A stretch of 64,000 nucleotides of DNA from Monodelphis domestica (lineage: Eukaryota), in the NCBI RefSeq assembly GCF_027887165.1, contig NC_077230.1, positions 289,270,949 through 289,334,948 on the forward strand. Direction: 5' to 3'. Position numbers and translations under genes: made by a program. Shown here piece by piece: positions 24,135-37,183 of the stretch. Under the pieces are notes generated by a model. That model ran no database searches and had not been told where the DNA came from. It saw only the letters and a program-made list of their open reading frames with translations. The first letter of the stretch is position 1, and the number at the start of each line of letters is the position of its first letter.

Positions 24135-26329
24135 GTAAGTTACTCAGTGCTAGAAGAGGAAAGTTTAAGAATAAAAGGATATTTCTTGAATCAATTGTAT
24201 GGGGAAAGTAATGTGGGAAGATATTTTTTTTTTGCATTCCGTAGAGAAAACTGAAATAGAAGAAAGAAATCATAGAGGCTGTTTTTCTTGCATGATGTAA
24301 TCCAGGAATTCTAAGGGTAGTACCATTAAGCTTTACTAATAATTACATTCATAATGATTGACTATTGTGTGCTGGCTACTTATTGCCCCTTTCCTCTAAT
24401 CTTTTAAAATTTATTTCCATGAGAAGTAAAAAAGGGAGCTATGGACTTCTTGTTTTCTTGTTTTCAAATTTTGTTAGAGAAATAATGAGTTTAGAAAATA
24501 TATAAACAAAATAATATTCTTATATTACCCGAATGACATTTTACCTTCAAATAAGTGCAATATGGTATACAGCAAAATTAAGCTTAATAGGGCTAGCACA
24601 TAGGCTTTCTATTTTAGTTTTTGATTGAATAGCTATTAGATAGATTATAGTATTCTTATAAGTATTGAGATTCAGTTTTACTTCTTTCTGCCTTTTACTT
24701 TTTTGTCTTTCAACATGACACTGCCTGTTAGATTACTTTAAAGGAAGAAGCTGACAATTGTAAATTCAGTTTTGTTTTTGTCCATTTAAAAATTATGACT
24801 ATCATTTCTTACTTAAAACAAAATATTTTAATGTGTCTATTCAGCCAAGTAATAAGTTAACATTTATATAGAGCCATACATATATCATCTCATAAGGAGA
24901 AGGAACTGAGACAAGCTGGTTTATTTTTAATCTTTCAGTGAATAAATACTATATATTAAAATCAAATGAGATATATTTGTAAAATACCTTGCAAACTCTA
25001 AAGCACTCTGTAAATTTTAGCTATTATTATTATGTTCTAAAGGGAAAAATCTTTATCATCAACTTCTTAAGGTCTTCCAATTTATAAAACTCTTCTCTTA
25101 AACCTTCTAATAAACTCTTCTCTAAAATTTTAAATCTTAAGTGTTAGAGACAGGAAATAAACACAAATAGACATTTTGAACATTTTTCCCTTAAGTTTTC
25201 CAAAAGACTCAATGAAGGAAAATATTCATCATCTTCAACAAGCACAAAGTGATCCTCCTTCTTAACCTGTTAGGACCGAGATGCTTTTCTGCATATAATG
25301 AATCTGCATGTAATGTAAAGATACTTCCCTAACCTTTGTTCTGTCAGATTTGAATTTATTCAAATGTGTCTTTGAAGTTACTTGCAAGGATGATAGTGTA
25401 GTGGAAGGAGTTGGACTTGAAATCAGAGGACTTGGCTTCAATTTCTGCCAAGCTGTGTAACCTTAGACTTAAGATGTCAGAACATTGGTTTGCTTATCTG
25501 TAAAATGGAGATAATAATACTGTTATATATTTTTCAGAAGAATGTTCTAAGGAAAGTGCTTTGCAAACTTTAAAGCACTATAAACACGTGAGCTTTTATG
25601 ATGATGATGATGATGATTATACCTAGAGAAATGCATGTCTTCTGAAATTCTATTCACATATTTTTTTCTTTTCTGCTTTTTATTCCTTTCCTATATCCCT
25701 CTTCAGAAATGCTAGAAAACTAAAAACAACATAGTGTTGATCATTAGGTATATTGCAAATTATTTGCCTCCCCACTTTTCTATACAGGTTGAGTAAAAGT
25801 CCATCTAGTAGTTCGTCTAAAATTGACATTGTATGTGTATCTCTGAAAAAAGAATGTCATATGGATGTGATGCCTTTCTGGATCAGAGGCTAGGGTTCCA
25901 TTAACTATAGACATCTTATTTATCAGAAGGATGCATAGGTACCCCTAACGTCCTGTGTCAACCACAGCACATGTTCTCTCTGCAATTTATACTCATTGCT
26001 CTTAGTTCTGTATCTTCTAACAGCAAACAGAACATGTCTTTTCATTCACTCTTTCCCTTAATAGCCCTCCAAGAACTTGAAAGGTGAGTAATGTGTCTTG
26101 ACTTATTCCCTGAGACTTCTCTTATCTAGGCTTAGCATCCTCAGTTCTTTAACTAATTCTCATTTGACTTAAGCTTGACAAACTTCCCCATCTTGGTTGC
26201 CCTCTTTTGTATGTTTTTTCCAGATTTTCAGTGTCCTACCTGAACTATTGTCCCCAGAACCGAGACTCCACATGTGGTATGATTAAGGCAAAGAACAACA
26301 GGACCATCACATTCCTTGTCCCAAATGCC

Positions 26330-26460
26330 TTGTCTTTCTTAATCATTAAATACTTATTAAGCACCTATTATGTGCCAAGCACTGTGCTAGGTGCAAAGAG
26401 ATACAAAAAGACACAAAAAGTCCCTTCTTTTCAGGAGTTTACAATCTAATGGAGGAGCCC
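26330..26460. mobile_element. MIR-type SINE core fragment
   Basis: The fragment reads …ttaagcacctattatgtgccaagcactgtgctaggtgc…acaaaaagtcccttc…ggagtttacaatctaatggagg. Confidence 0.7.
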
Positions 26461-26989
26461 AACATCACATTAGCCTTTTTAGCTATTATACTGTTAATAC
26501 AAAGTGAGTTTTAAATCTTACCTTTTTCAGACATACCTCTTTTTAGTAATTACTCCCATTTCTGTGACCTTTGGTTTTGATTGTTGAACATTCACCTTAT
26601 TTTGCACTGTCTTAGGCTCCTTTCACCACTTTCAAGATGTTTCCCCTGTACCCCTTTTTTCTAATTCTAGCTCTGGAACAGTAACCAAATCAATATTGTC
26701 ATTCCTGGAAAGGACATATTAATCATTTATCCTATAACTCTATTTACCATCTCTCTGACTCCCTTGTCTAAAACAGTCTTCCTTGGCCACTAGTTTTATA
26801 TATATGTTGGCTTCTCTTGTTAGAATGTAATATGAGAAAATAGCCAAAATATCAGAGTAACAAGAAGAAGTACAGTTGAGTTCTCCCCTATTACTACTCT
26901 ACAAAGATTTAGAAAATGCAGCAGACTAAATCCTGATTGGGAAACTCCAAGAAAAAAAAATCATAGTGAGTCATTTTTCTACCACAGGT

Positions 26990-28010
26990 TGGCAAAGAGA
27001 GACAGACAAGTCTATAGACACTTGAATAGGGACGGTGCTTAGTGTTTTCTGACGTGTCAGGGCAACAGGGCAAGAGGGGGTCCTGCACCCCTAGAGGAAC
27101 TTGACGTTGTGTAGGAAGTGGGAATAAGTGCCAGCTGGTAGCTCTACCACTTACTACTCACTGTTGAGTCATAGATTTCTGGAGGGAGTGAGGACTGGGC
27201 TTTTGCTGATACCTGAAATAACACAATACCCAGTATCCTGAGAAAGCATCAGGAGGTATAAAGAGGACATAACCAATAACCTAGATATTCCTCCAAAAGT
27301 ACACTGAACCTGGCCAACAGTTATAAAGTAGGTAGGAAGCATGAGTGAGCAAACAAAAAAATCTTACCATAAAGAGCTTTTTTGTTAATAGGAACACTCA
27401 GTACACAAATCTAGAAGAAGAAAATGATTCCAAAATATCTACAAGCAAGCCTTAAAGAAAAACACAGTTTGGGCACAGATTCAACTAGAATTCTTGGAAG
27501 AGATGAAGCTAGATTAAAAAAAATTTTTTTTAAAACAAAATGAGAGCGCTTGAGGAAATAATTAGAAAAGAAATGAGAGCTATAAAAGAAAGAATCGGAA
27601 AGGGAATTAACAGTTTTACACAGGAGGTACAAAACTTTACCCAAGCAACAGACTCCTTGAAAATTAGAATTGCCCAAATAAAAGTTAATGACTTCATGAA
27701 ACAAAAAAGAAATATTAAAACAAAGGAAAGAGTGAAAAATTTTTAAAAAAGTATCTTTCTCATAGCAAAGACAACTGACCTGGAAAACAGATTGAGGAGA
27801 GATCTTTTAAGAATCATTGGACTACCTGAAATCCATGACCAAAAAAGGGCTTAAGCATATTTTAAGAAATCATAAAACTGCCCAGGCCTCTTAGAACCAG
27901 AAAGACTCTACTAGTCATCTCCTGAAAGAAACTCTAACATGAAAACTCCCTAGTAAGAACATAGCCAAAATTCAGAATTTTCCATTCAAAGAAAAAAATA
28001 TAAGCTGCTG
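26990..28010 (+). mobile_element. L1 5' fragment: 5'UTR plus ORF1 (coiled-coil and RRM, …LRIIGLPE… region)
   Basis: ORF 27540..27746 (MRALEEIIRKEMRAIKERIGK…) is followed by gagatcttttaagaatcattggactacctgaaatccatgacc. The segment is homologous to 47400-47660 and 61440-61720. Confidence 0.7.
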
Positions 28011-28499
28011 TTGCCTAGAGGGCAGGAACGGTTTTGCTTACTTTGTATTTGTATCTCTAGTGCTTAGCATGGTACCTGGCACAGAATGAGCTCTTAGTAA
28101 ATGTTGTTTCATTTATTTATCTTAAACTTATAAAGTTATAACCTAAGATTAAGGCTTTACAGTTGTTGCAGTTGAATTTCATCTTTAATGAATAGCCTTT
28201 CAAGATCTTTTTGGACCCTAATGCCCTCATCCATTCCAAGAGCCAACTGTCCCAGTTGTTTGTCATATGAATATGCCATCTTTGTCTTAATCAGAATTGT
28301 GGATAAAAATGTTAAATGGAACAAACACATTCTTTGGTGACTATTGGAGACTTGCTGCCACATTTACTTTGACCATCAACAACAGTTACTTTGAACGTTG
28401 CTTAGGAGTTTTGGTCCCAGATAAGAAACAGTCATGGACTATCAGCTGTGTAATGAATAAGGTGCAATCACAGAAGCAAGTAGTATCTGTGTGGCTCTG

Positions 28500-28880
28500 A
28501 CTCTGGGAAGTAGAACAGGGTCTTGGTTCTGCCCACTTGTTCACAATGAAGCCTAGAGGTGAATAACCAAGACAAGAATTCTAGACTAAAAGCCGAGGTG
28601 GGGTGGGATGGGGGTGGGAGTGGAGTTTAGTTCTGTCATTCTGAACCTGCAGAGCTTTTCTGCTGATGAAAAATGGATGGATCCAACAGTGGGCTAATGG
28701 AATTCCAATCAGGGGCATACCAAATCCCTGGTCAGGAACCTGGCAGACCTTAGGGGGAGGTTCTCCACCTTCTCCCTGGATTGAGCTGCTGTAGGGACAC
28801 TGAACGCTTGTGGGTTCCCAGCCTGGGCTATTTCTGATACCTGAAATAACACACTACTCAATAGTTTCCCAAGTACATTT
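28500..28880 (+). mobile_element. L1 5'UTR-like fragment
   Basis: The fragment shares the motif ctgatacctgaaataacaca(a/c)tac with the L1 5'UTRs at 27210-27240 and 47225-47250. Confidence 0.45.
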
Positions 28881-30449
28881 TTCCCTGCCCACTAACTGGA
28901 GACTGAATTAGTGCTGCTTATTCTCTGAGTTCATAGGATTTTTCCCCTTTAATGAAAAGAAGGATTTATCACTTTTTCCTGCCCATCTTAATTTCTGCAT
29001 TTGGGAACTTCCAAATGTATGTAAATTTTTTTTCTTCAATTAATAATTCAGGCTCTTAAAGAAAAATAAAAGAGCGCACATGTTAAAAATAAGAATATTA
29101 TGAACACTGATTGAGAGCAAGATTGGGGATGCTGCAAATTTCAAGTGCCTCAGATCAACAGGGGAGGGATAGGACAGGAGGATGTGTGTCGAGGGAGTTG
29201 GGTGTATGAGGCAGGAGATATAGGTAGCAAGAGGAAATGAATAGCTCCAGAGATAGTTTTCCATTTCTGTTTATTAGTTTTCTTTGCCTCTCAAGAGTTC
29301 TAGGGTCACAATTGATAAAGAAGCAAGATATTAAATGTTTTTTGCTCTCAGATCTATACTTGGAAGATGAGAAACAAAAGGTTGACTTATTCCATGACTA
29401 AGTTTGGGGGTGTTCTAATGGATTTAGGGGCCTAGTCTTTTCTGGCCTCTGAGAAATTTCCAGATCTCATGGCAAAGCAAAGGGTAAAGGTGCTATAGTT
29501 TTATTTGTAGCCTGAATTTGTTTATATAACATTCAACCCTCCTGAATAAGTCATCAAAGTCTAAAGCTTGCTTGAAGGTTCAATAAGCATGTTAATCACA
29601 ACTTTTTAGGATTTCTTTTTGTAGTTCTTGGCATTTACATTATATCACATATTTTGTGTATCATTTTCCTTGCTCTGATTACAGAAGTCTGTGCATCAGT
29701 ACATAGAAATCATACATGTAAATTCTTCATATTAATACTATCTTATGGAACACTGATTAATATGTCACAACACTGCTATAACAGTTAATTTAACCATTCC
29801 TCAGTTCATCTGCAACCACTTTACTTCCATTTGTTTGCTAACCTTCCCCCTCACACAAAAAATGCTTAAGTTTATTTGAATGCATTTGTCCATCTTTGTC
29901 TCATGGGAGGAGTACATGTTTAGAAGTGGGATCTTTGAGCTGAAGGGTACAGATATATTTTTAGCATAATTCCAAATTATTTACTAGAATTGTTGGATCA
30001 GTTCCCAGCTCCACCTGCTACATGAGTGTACTTATCTTCCCACTGACCCTTCAATATTGACTGTTTCTGTTTTCTGTCATCTTTCCTAATCTGCTTAGGG
30101 ATGAGGTGAAATCTCAGAATGTTTTTGATGTACATTTTTCTTCTTAGTAGTTATCTGGACTAATCTTTTTTTTTTTTGTTCATAGTTTGTAGTTCTTTCA
30201 TTTATACTAATTTGTTCATATTTCATCACATACACTTATCCATTGGAGAATGACTGATAGTCTTATGTATTTGTGGTAATTCTCTGTATGTCTTCAGTAA
30301 CAAACTTTTCTCAGAGATATTTGATGCTAATTGTTATTCCTAATCAATAGTGTTGTTTTTTATACTTGATTTTCCTAGATATTTAAAAACGTTACTTGAT
30401 AAATTTTGTTTTAACAAATTAGATACTTCTTAAATGCTTTCTTGCCAGA

Positions 30450-30660
30450 TGTAGGTGGTACAGTGGATAGGGGGCTGGTCTTAGAGTCAGAAGACCATAG
30501 TTCAAATCTGGTTTCAGATTCTTATTAGCTCTATGATCTTGGGCAAATCTTCTTGACTTTGGTTTGCCTCTGTTTCCTCAACTATGAAATGGGAATAATA
30601 ATCTTAGTTACCTCCTCGGGTTATTGGGAGGATCAAGTGAAGAAATATTGTAAAGCATTC
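30450..30660. mobile_element. MIR-type SINE
   Basis: The fragment reads gtaggtggtacagtggatagggggctggtcttagagtcagaagaccatagttcaaatctggtttcagattcttattagctctatgatcttgggcaaatc…cctcaactatgaaatgggaataataat. Confidence 0.7.
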
Positions 30661-31412
30661 AGCAAACCTTTAAGTGATATATAAATTCTAGCTATTAAAA
30701 TGATCAATAAACATCCAAACATATCATCTACAAAGTATATTTACTGAAAGCAGTTACTCGTTAAGAGAGAGAAAAGGGATGTGCCCTTCAGCTTTGACAT
30801 TACGGTATTCACATGTTTCTCCAAATTATGCATATTTATAACTTAAGATGTGGCAATATTCTCATACATTTATGTATTATGACTTAGCTTGTCCATTCTC
30901 CAATTGTTGAGCACCTTGTTTCTTTCCAATTCTTCTCTTATAAGTAATTGTGAATATTTTTCTATGTATGGATCTTTTCCTGCTGTCTATAACTATCTTT
31001 AAATGTAGAGTCTCAGTAGTGAAATATCTGAACTAAAATATCAATTGAATTCTAACTTTTCTTCAGTAATTTTTCAGAATTGCCAAAAGTATGAGTATTA
31101 AACCAAATTGCTGTTGTAGTATCACTGTCTTGCTGCAATTCCTGTATTGTTTTCCCATCTTTGTAATGTGATGGATGTGTGTTGAAAGACTAGGTTATTT
31201 AGTATCACAAAGATATTTTTCTCTCTTACCAAGTAGTAGAAGAGTAGTCCATGGTTGTAGGAAAAGCATGAGAAAAAATTATAAGATTTATAATTCTGTC
31301 ATAGGAAAACAAAATCCATGGTCTTTATGCCATATTTTTCATTGTTTAAAGAACCTTTTCTGTATATATTGGCACTTTCCAGTTTAAATTTGTGTCTTGC
31401 TTTCATTATCAG

Positions 31413-31512
31413 GAGAAAGAAATAAGGAAAAATGAAGTAAAAGAAAAATATCAAAAACGATATGATTCTGACAAAGAAGAAAGGGGGAAAAAAGAGCAGA
31501 AGGGAATAAAGA
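31413..31512 (+). CDS. MPHOSPH8: MPHOSPH8 exon 4: EKEIRKNEVKEKYQKRYDSDKEERGKKEQKGIK(T)
   Basis: The exon matches the human segment KEKYQKRHDSDKEEKGRKEPKGLKT. Acceptor tatcag| and donor A|gtgagt are present. The 100-nt exon ends in phase 1. Confidence 0.85.
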
Positions 31513-32209
31513 GTGAGTATAAATATTAGATTTCACATAATTTTTAATGTATGTAATTTATTTGTTAAAATGTTTAGGGGTTTTTTTTAAATACAAGTTG
31601 ACTCCCTCTCTTTATAGTGCTAAAAATAGAACTAGATATTTTGTTTTCTAAGAAATTATAGAGAATCACATTCACTTTTGTATTTTTGAGGCATTTTAGT
31701 ATCCTATGCATTTTCTGTGGGGGGTAAAATGAAGGCAATCACATGCCCAATCACCATATTGTATATTAATTGAATAACTGTGTGTTACCTACATTTGGGG
31801 ACCATCCTAGACATAAGCTATGGGAAAATTTTATTTTGGAAGTTTTTCTGAATTAATGCAAATGGAGCTAGTAAATTAAAAGAAACATCCTTTAAGATCA
31901 AATCCCCAGAATGAGATCTAGCCCCCATGTAATCTATGAAGGTGTGGAGTTGGGGTAAAAGGAGAAAATCATGGAGGGTAGAGGCTGGTCACTTTGGTAA
32001 GCTTTACTAGATATTGGAAAACCAGTAAAAATATGTTAAACTGTTTTGCAATTCTGGTAATGAATTAAAGGGGTGCATTCCTTTACTCACAGGTAGTTAT
32101 ATTAGAAACTAGAAGCAATAATTTTTCTTAAAGCATCTACAAGCTAGGATTTTGTTTTGCAAAAAGAATTTTTAGTTATATTTATCATAAAACTTTTATT
32201 TTGTAATAG

Positions 32210-32467
32210 CATTTAAAGAAATGAGGAATGCGTTTGATTTATTTACATTAACTCCAGAAGAAAAAAACGACTTTTCAGAGAATAATCAGAAAAGAGAGGA
32301 AACATCACTGGATTTTAAATTCACTGAAGACTACAAAACTAAGGAAAATAAGCAATTATACAAGGAGAGGAGAAATACAAGGGATGAGACTGATACATGG
32401 ACTTATATAGCTGCTGAAGGTGATCAAGAGGTATTAGACAGTGTGTGTCAAATGGATGAAAATTCTG
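32210..32467 (+). CDS. MPHOSPH8: MPHOSPH8 exon 5: (T)FKEMRNAFDLFTLTPEEKNDFSENNQKREETSLDFKF...TWTYIAAEGDQEVLDSVCQMDENS
   Basis: The exon matches human LKEIRNAFDLFKLTPEEKNDVSENNRKREE…DTWAYIAAEGDQEVLDSVCQADENS. Acceptor taatag| and donor G|gtaagt are present, and the phase is consistent with exon 4. Confidence 0.9.
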
Positions 32468-33844
32468 GTAAGTATGATCAAAAGTGAGTCACAGATTTTG
32501 AGTCAACCAAAAGCAAACCAAGTTATTTTTTCCCTCACATTTGCTAGTTTTCTTTTTGACTTTAGCTTCCATGTGTAGTCTAGAAAGTAGAGTAATAAGA
32601 CCTATTTTAAAACACAAACCATTAATTTATGTGGAAGGTGGACATCCTGAGCTCTCTAAGTCAATTAATGGGCTAAAATAAGCATATGTAATGTCCATTA
32701 TTACAAACTAACAGAAGAAACAATTTGGGGAGGATAAAGGGCAGAAAGAAAGATTTGATTTACCCAGAAGTGGAATTCTATTATATATAAATATATTCAT
32801 AATTAGTAACAGCTATAGGTCTACAAGAACTTTGTTAGAGTGAATTAAAACCTGGTGGGGTTAATTTGGGAAAATCTCATGAAAGGTATGAAATTGTATC
32901 TTTTATTTTTTATCATTAATTTAATTTTTTTGTAAAGATATTTTAACAACTACATGTAATAACAATTTTCCACTTAAGTTTTCTGAAGTTATAAGATCCA
33001 AATTGTTTCCATTCTTCTCCCCTTCCCAGAGGCTCTGGTAAGCAATGAAATTGTATATTATTTTTAAGTAAGATGGAGAGAAATGTCTTGATACACAATT
33101 TGACAGAAGGACCTTCTAGAGTGTGAGAAAAGCAGTAGAGAAGACTTAAGCAGGCCTAAATAATGCATATGCAAGGATTAGGAAGCTAGTTTACTTGGTT
33201 ACTCAGAAGAAAGTCTGACCTGGGTTGTGGTAAAAGGTAAGGATGGTAATTAATCAACTTCTCATTGGTAGAAAACCTTAAAGTTAATAGTCTCAAGATT
33301 TCATTGAATTTGAAAGGTTATACGGAATAGTTTCCTTATTAAGTGCATGGTTTTTACAAACCTTAAATTTTTGTGGCAAAAAAACCTACCAAACAGTATA
33401 TATCATATTGTTATTGTTGGGAAAGTCAGTTCATCAGTCATTGTCATTTTCACAGTTTTAATAAGTAGGTGAAACAATTTTTAAATGTACCAAGTACTAA
33501 TTACTGAATTATTTGAGGCCACCCCAGGATTTACTCCTTTTTCCAACCTAGTCAGATATATCCCAGAGTGCTAATAGTTTTCTAGAGACAGAAATAGTGA
33601 TACATTTAAATATCATAGGGGGTTGTATTTTTTAAGCTAGAAGAGAACTTAGTCATCTAGTTCAAGTCCTCTCTTTTTTCAGATGAGAAAACTGCTGAGG
33701 GCTACAGATGTTAAGTGAAAGGCTTAAGGTCACCCAAGTAATAATTAGCAGAGCTGAGGTTCAAACACTGTCCAAAGGAAAACTCATTTTTTGATTTTTA
33801 TTTTAAGCAAAGCTTAACAGAGAGAGAAAAGAGAGAATGAATTT

Positions 33845-33849
33845 GTGTG

Positions 33850-33890
<41 letters not shown>
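33845..33890. repeat. (TG)22 microsatellite immediately flanking the ERV 3' LTR remnant
   Basis: The repeat is seen directly in the sequence. Confidence 0.95.
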
Positions 33891-33892
<2 letters not shown>

Positions 33893-33939
33893 CAAACAGA
33901 CTAGAGATTTTACTTTTTAATAAATTTACCCATTTATTA

Positions 33940-34252
33940 ATTTCATGAATTTTATTAATAGGAAAGGTAGATCAGCATAGTTTAAAATCTTTCTTACTCT
34001 TAAGTCCTCTGACCATGTTTCCCCTATTCTCCAGTAATCTTTCCCTCACCTGTCTCTCCAGCCCCATTTCTGTTCAAGAAGCCCAGGTATGCCCTACCTA
34101 TTTTCTTTTATTGATGTTCAGATGGTCACTGATGCAAACTCTGATATGTGGGGAATGTTGATGAACTGAGATGGCCCTCCAGGAGGGGGAGGGTATAAGA
34201 TTCCCTCAACATAACCCTCTTAAATCCCCCCGTTATCCTTTGGGAGACCAGC
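33940..34252 (-). repeat. Putative 3' LTR remnant of the intron-5 ERV (direct repeat copy A); adjacent purine-rich PPT-like run in ERV sense (aaaggataacgggggga) at 34238-34262
   Basis: The segment is a direct repeat of 44957-45250. A pyrimidine-rich stretch ccctcttaaatccccccgttatccttt sits immediately internal to it on the + strand. The LTR assignment is inferred from position and orientation. Confidence 0.45.
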
Positions 34253-35399
34253 CTCCCCAATGGATCATTTAAACATAACCATCTTATATGTCTAAACATC
34301 TTCTACCTAAAAGTACATACAATATCGCAATTTTCTAAGAGGAAGTTACAATAGTTAGAGATGAGAGGGAAATATGAGAAGAAAAATATAAAATGATTGA
34401 TAGACACATTGACAAAATGCCAATTTGGGGGCAGTCCCCTTTGGTGTAAGAGTTTACATTCAGAATAAGTATGTTCAACTCCCTTCAATTCATTCAAGGT
34501 TCATTCTGGAACTTTTGGCAGTGTGTAGCTTCTTTAGGCATCTTTACAGCACCTTCTCCAAAAGGATCCGCTTTCTTGATTCGGGATGTTGGCAAGTTTC
34601 TTTTCCTGAAATTTCTCCAAAAATTTTAAATTTTGGATTTTTGGATAATTTCACAATTACCCCCTCTGAGGAGGGGTTGACCCAACACCAGAGTCACCTT
34701 GGGATACATGGCTGAGTTATGAGGTATATGAAACAATTGTCAAAAGAAAAATAAACCCTCCCCAAAAATCCCAGATAAAAAGCAAAAATTAATTTCTGTA
34801 TAAAAACAATTAGAAGTACAAAGTCAATAAAAATAAAAATTTTTCATGTATAAAATTCTGAGTAAAAAATGAACCTGTAACAGGTCCTTGGATCAGTAGC
34901 AAAGTCCAATTAAAGTGACTTATGTCCCACAAACCTGTAGGGCAATAGCACTTTACCCATTTTTAGCCAGGACTATAGAAAATTATCAGACCATAAGAGT
35001 GAAGGGACTAGGTTTCAGTAACAAATGGGAAAAATCATTCCCTGGTTTGATAAGGGGATAAGGGGAACCAGGATGATTGCCATTCTGAGGTACTTGACAA
35101 AATATTGCACAAGGAGTGTGGTACGAGGAGTCTAGCATCTTAATGTATGTCAAGCACCTCAACCTTGATTCTCACACTCACAATACTTTTGTATTGGCAT
35201 AGAATTTCAACAATCCTCCCTGGATTGCTTTGGTACTTTTTTGACCTTGTGCTACTTGGCACTCACTGTATAGTGGCTCTTTTATTACCTTCCCCTGGAA
35301 TCAGACACAATTATTTTACACAATCCCATAACATTTATCAATGTATGGCAGGTTTCCATAGTCTAAAGCTTTCAGGTATGCATAGTTATTAGAGCTAAT

Positions 35400-37180
35400 G
35401 GATACTGTAAGCTTAATCTGTAAACTTTATCCTTCAAGTCAGAAAACATTAATACTGATTTCATGTACTTCAAGGATCACCAAGGATAGGAAAAAAGAAA
35501 GAGAAAATAATCAAATAGCCTATTGCAATATGAAGAAAAAAATAATAAATCATAATTTCATAATTCACGGTCTATGTGACAACGTGTTAACCAACCAGAG
35601 GCACAACACAAAAGGTGCTCACTCAAAAATGAGATTTATATCCCCCTTAACTTGGCCAGGATCCACAGTATTAGAGTACATAATTTTTTTACCAGGTAAA
35701 AGCCTTTTAAAAACAATAGTACAACAATTAATAGAGATTCTAAGAAGTATCAAAATCCCCCAAATCGTAAGAGCCCATTAACCCACTATCATTAAGATTC
35801 ACATGAGTTGCTGTGTGATATTCAAAAAACCCATGAACACATTAATACTTGTCACAAGTTCTACAGATTTAGCCAGTCTTTCAATCTTGGCTGAAATATT
35901 TTTAACAAAGTTTTTTATTACCATCATTCCAAAATTTGGTAGGAGAAAAACCAGAAAAACCTCTGTACATTTGAAAACTGTTTTGGGTCTAAAATGTTAC
36001 CAAGAATCTAGATTATTCTGGTGAAATGGTAGAATAAACTGAAGAGTTACAAATATAATAAATCCATTTCAAAGCTACTAGGCTTCACAGGAAAGATCGT
36101 TCCCACCTCCTGGATGATATTGTAACAAATCACAGGGTAACTAAGCCTCTTGGGCACCTCCCTTCCTCTTGGTATGAGACTGTAACAGTGTAATAGAACA
36201 GTCTCCAATATGTCCCAACCATTTTCCCATGGAGCCGAAGACTAAAAATTGAAAACTTCTTCAGATTTCTAATCAATTACATGTTCAATAAATTCAGTAA
36301 CAACAATGCCATTTCATTTAACTTCAGCTACAAATGGACCCTTACCTCTTGTTACAAACAACTCAGAGGCAGGCAAATGATCAGTCAGAGGTAGGGATGC
36401 TCCTAGATACCTGAAAATCACTTCTGAAGACCCATTAAAATCAAATGAGATTTTAAACTCATCAAATTTTTCAAGTCACTGACCCAGGTCGTAACCATGT
36501 TAATGGGGTCCACCCATCATCATTAATGTGACAATTAACACAAGCAAAAGGAGCAAAAGGCCATTTAGACAACATGTGCCCTCCTTGTGTTACAAATTGT
36601 GGTAATGTTTCATTACTGTGGACTGGAATTGTTGCCCATGACAAAACAGAGCTCAGATGGATCTGGTGACACACCCAGCACCCGTGAGGACCAATGGCAT
36701 TTCCTTGGAAAAGAGTTTTTCCAACTTGTCTATGGCCTTTTATAATGGTATTATCACCAGTTCAGTCTCAGGGGAGGGTACAAATAAAGACAACATAACA
36801 GGACATATAGCTAATAGCCAAAACACAGTAATTGAGGGTGACATAGTAAAATGGAATGATAGATTAGATTAATATGTGAATTCAAAAACAAAATTAAATC
36901 TTTTTTTTTTTAAACCCTTACCTTCCGTCTTGGAGTCAATACTGCATATTGGCTCCAAGGCAGAAGAGTGGTAAGGGCTAGGCAAAGGGGGTCAAGTGAC
37001 TTGCCCAGGGTCACACAGCTGGGAAGTGTCTGAGGCCAGATTTGAACCTAGGACCTCCCATCTCTAGGCCTGGTTCCCAATCCACTGAGCTACCCAGCTG
37101 CCCCCAAAATTAAATCTTTAAACAATTAGTAAATACAACAAATGTGACAAGATACAATGATTCAACATCGATACAAGGTT
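35400..37180 (-). pseudogene. Probable ERV env remnant (very degraded)
   Basis: The position immediately 3' of integrase on the ERV strand suggests env. The only supporting ORF is a short Cys-containing one (36471..36674, …CVNCHINDDGWTPLTWL…). No clear SU/TM motifs could be verified by eye. Confidence 0.3.
36904..37105 (-). mobile_element. tRNA-derived SINE inside the ERV, TSD caaaattaaatcttt
   Basis: Flanking direct repeats are seen at 36888-36902 and 37106-37120, with the SINE body between them. Confidence 0.85.
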
Positions 37181-37183
37181 TTT

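Noticed and set aside
35398-35781. 127-aa + ORF inside the ERV env region
   Set aside because: It is antisense to the ERV, I recognise no domain, and the region is low-complexity and A-rich. It is most likely fortuitous.
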